Shown here in pieces: positions 63,341 through 64,000 of a DNA stretch of 64,000 nucleotides (position 1 is the stretch's first letter; each line of letters begins with the position of its first letter). The position numbers were made by a program, and so were the translations under genes. The stretch covers positions 10,540,832 to 10,604,831 of the forward strand of contig NC_057753.1 of NCBI RefSeq assembly GCF_004010195.1, given 5' to 3'. The stretch is from Chiloscyllium plagiosum (Eukaryota). The notes under the pieces are model-generated. The model saw only the letters and a list, made by a program, of their open reading frames with translations. It did no database searches and was not told where the DNA came from.

Positions 63341-64000
63341 GATGCTGGTGTAACTGACAGATTTTCAGTGTCCAAATACCAATAAGAGAAAAAGAAAAGG
63401 CTGGAGCCAATTTTTTTTTTTTGTTTCCCTGGGGCTCAACGTTTTATTCCTTTTGCATTTTGTCTGGCTGCTCAACTTTTGTATGTCTTTTCCCCTGGTT
63501 GAGGAAATCCGAAACCGATGGAGTAACCTTTTCACGCAGAGTGTTGGTATATTAATGGAATGAGCTGCCAGAGGCAGTCGTCGCGGCTGGTACAATTACA
63601 ACATTTAAAAGGCATCTGGATTGGTATATGAATAGGAAGGGTTGAGAGAGATATGGGCCATATGGATCACTAGATTAATTTAGGATATGTAGTCGGCGTG
63701 GACCGAAATGTTTGTTTGCATACTCTTCAACTCTCCGACTCTATTTCTACGTATTCTGAACCAATTCCACAAGACTAGGAATAGGCCATTCCACCCTTAC
63801 AGCCTGTCCTCAATTGTGGCCTAACTGCACAGATTTCAATGCAAGTTTCAGAAGATGTCTGAACCTGTTTTTAAACAATTGAATATGCTTTCAGACTTTA
63901 CTGGTGTTTCTGAATACATCATTTTAGCTACTCTCATTGTTAAAGATCTGCCATTTCTCACGCTTCCCCCGCCCCCTCTTCTCCCGGGTAAAATCATCAC

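Larger units (their letters stand above)
48340..63745 (-). repeat. Segmental duplication, cassette copy C (expanded by LTR, SINE and L1 insertions)
   Basis: Colinear with copy A once the insertions are removed. Confidence 0.88.

Overview
Eukaryotic, repeat-dense genomic DNA, most likely from a shark or other elasmobranch (inferred from HE1-type tRNA-derived SINEs, CR1/HER1-type LINE tails and Penelope-like elements). Only two apparently intact host CDSs are present. Both are paralogous tandem C2H2 zinc-finger genes with no visible KRAB/SCAN domain: ZF1 (+, 13713-14411, 8 fingers) and ZF2 (-, 46592-45663, 10 fingers). They sit in a locally triplicated promoter/exon cassette (copy A ~17.0-23.8 kb, copy B ~26.3-29.9 kb, copy C ~48.3-63.7 kb). 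The rest is transposon sequence: two decayed gamma/epsilon-like endogenous retroviruses, several solo LTRs, a near full-length decayed L1 with nested insertions, CR1 and L2 fragments, and Penelope-like elements carrying minimal hammerhead-ribozyme motifs. One of the retroviruses has ~1.5-kb LTRs, a tRNA-Ser primer-binding site and a candidate 2H-phosphoesterase domain. One of the L1's nested insertions is a FLYWCH-type Mutator-like DNA transposon. There is also a tRNA-Asp pseudogene and two assembly gaps. All calls come from reading the sequence by eye; repeat boundaries are approximate and no database search was run.
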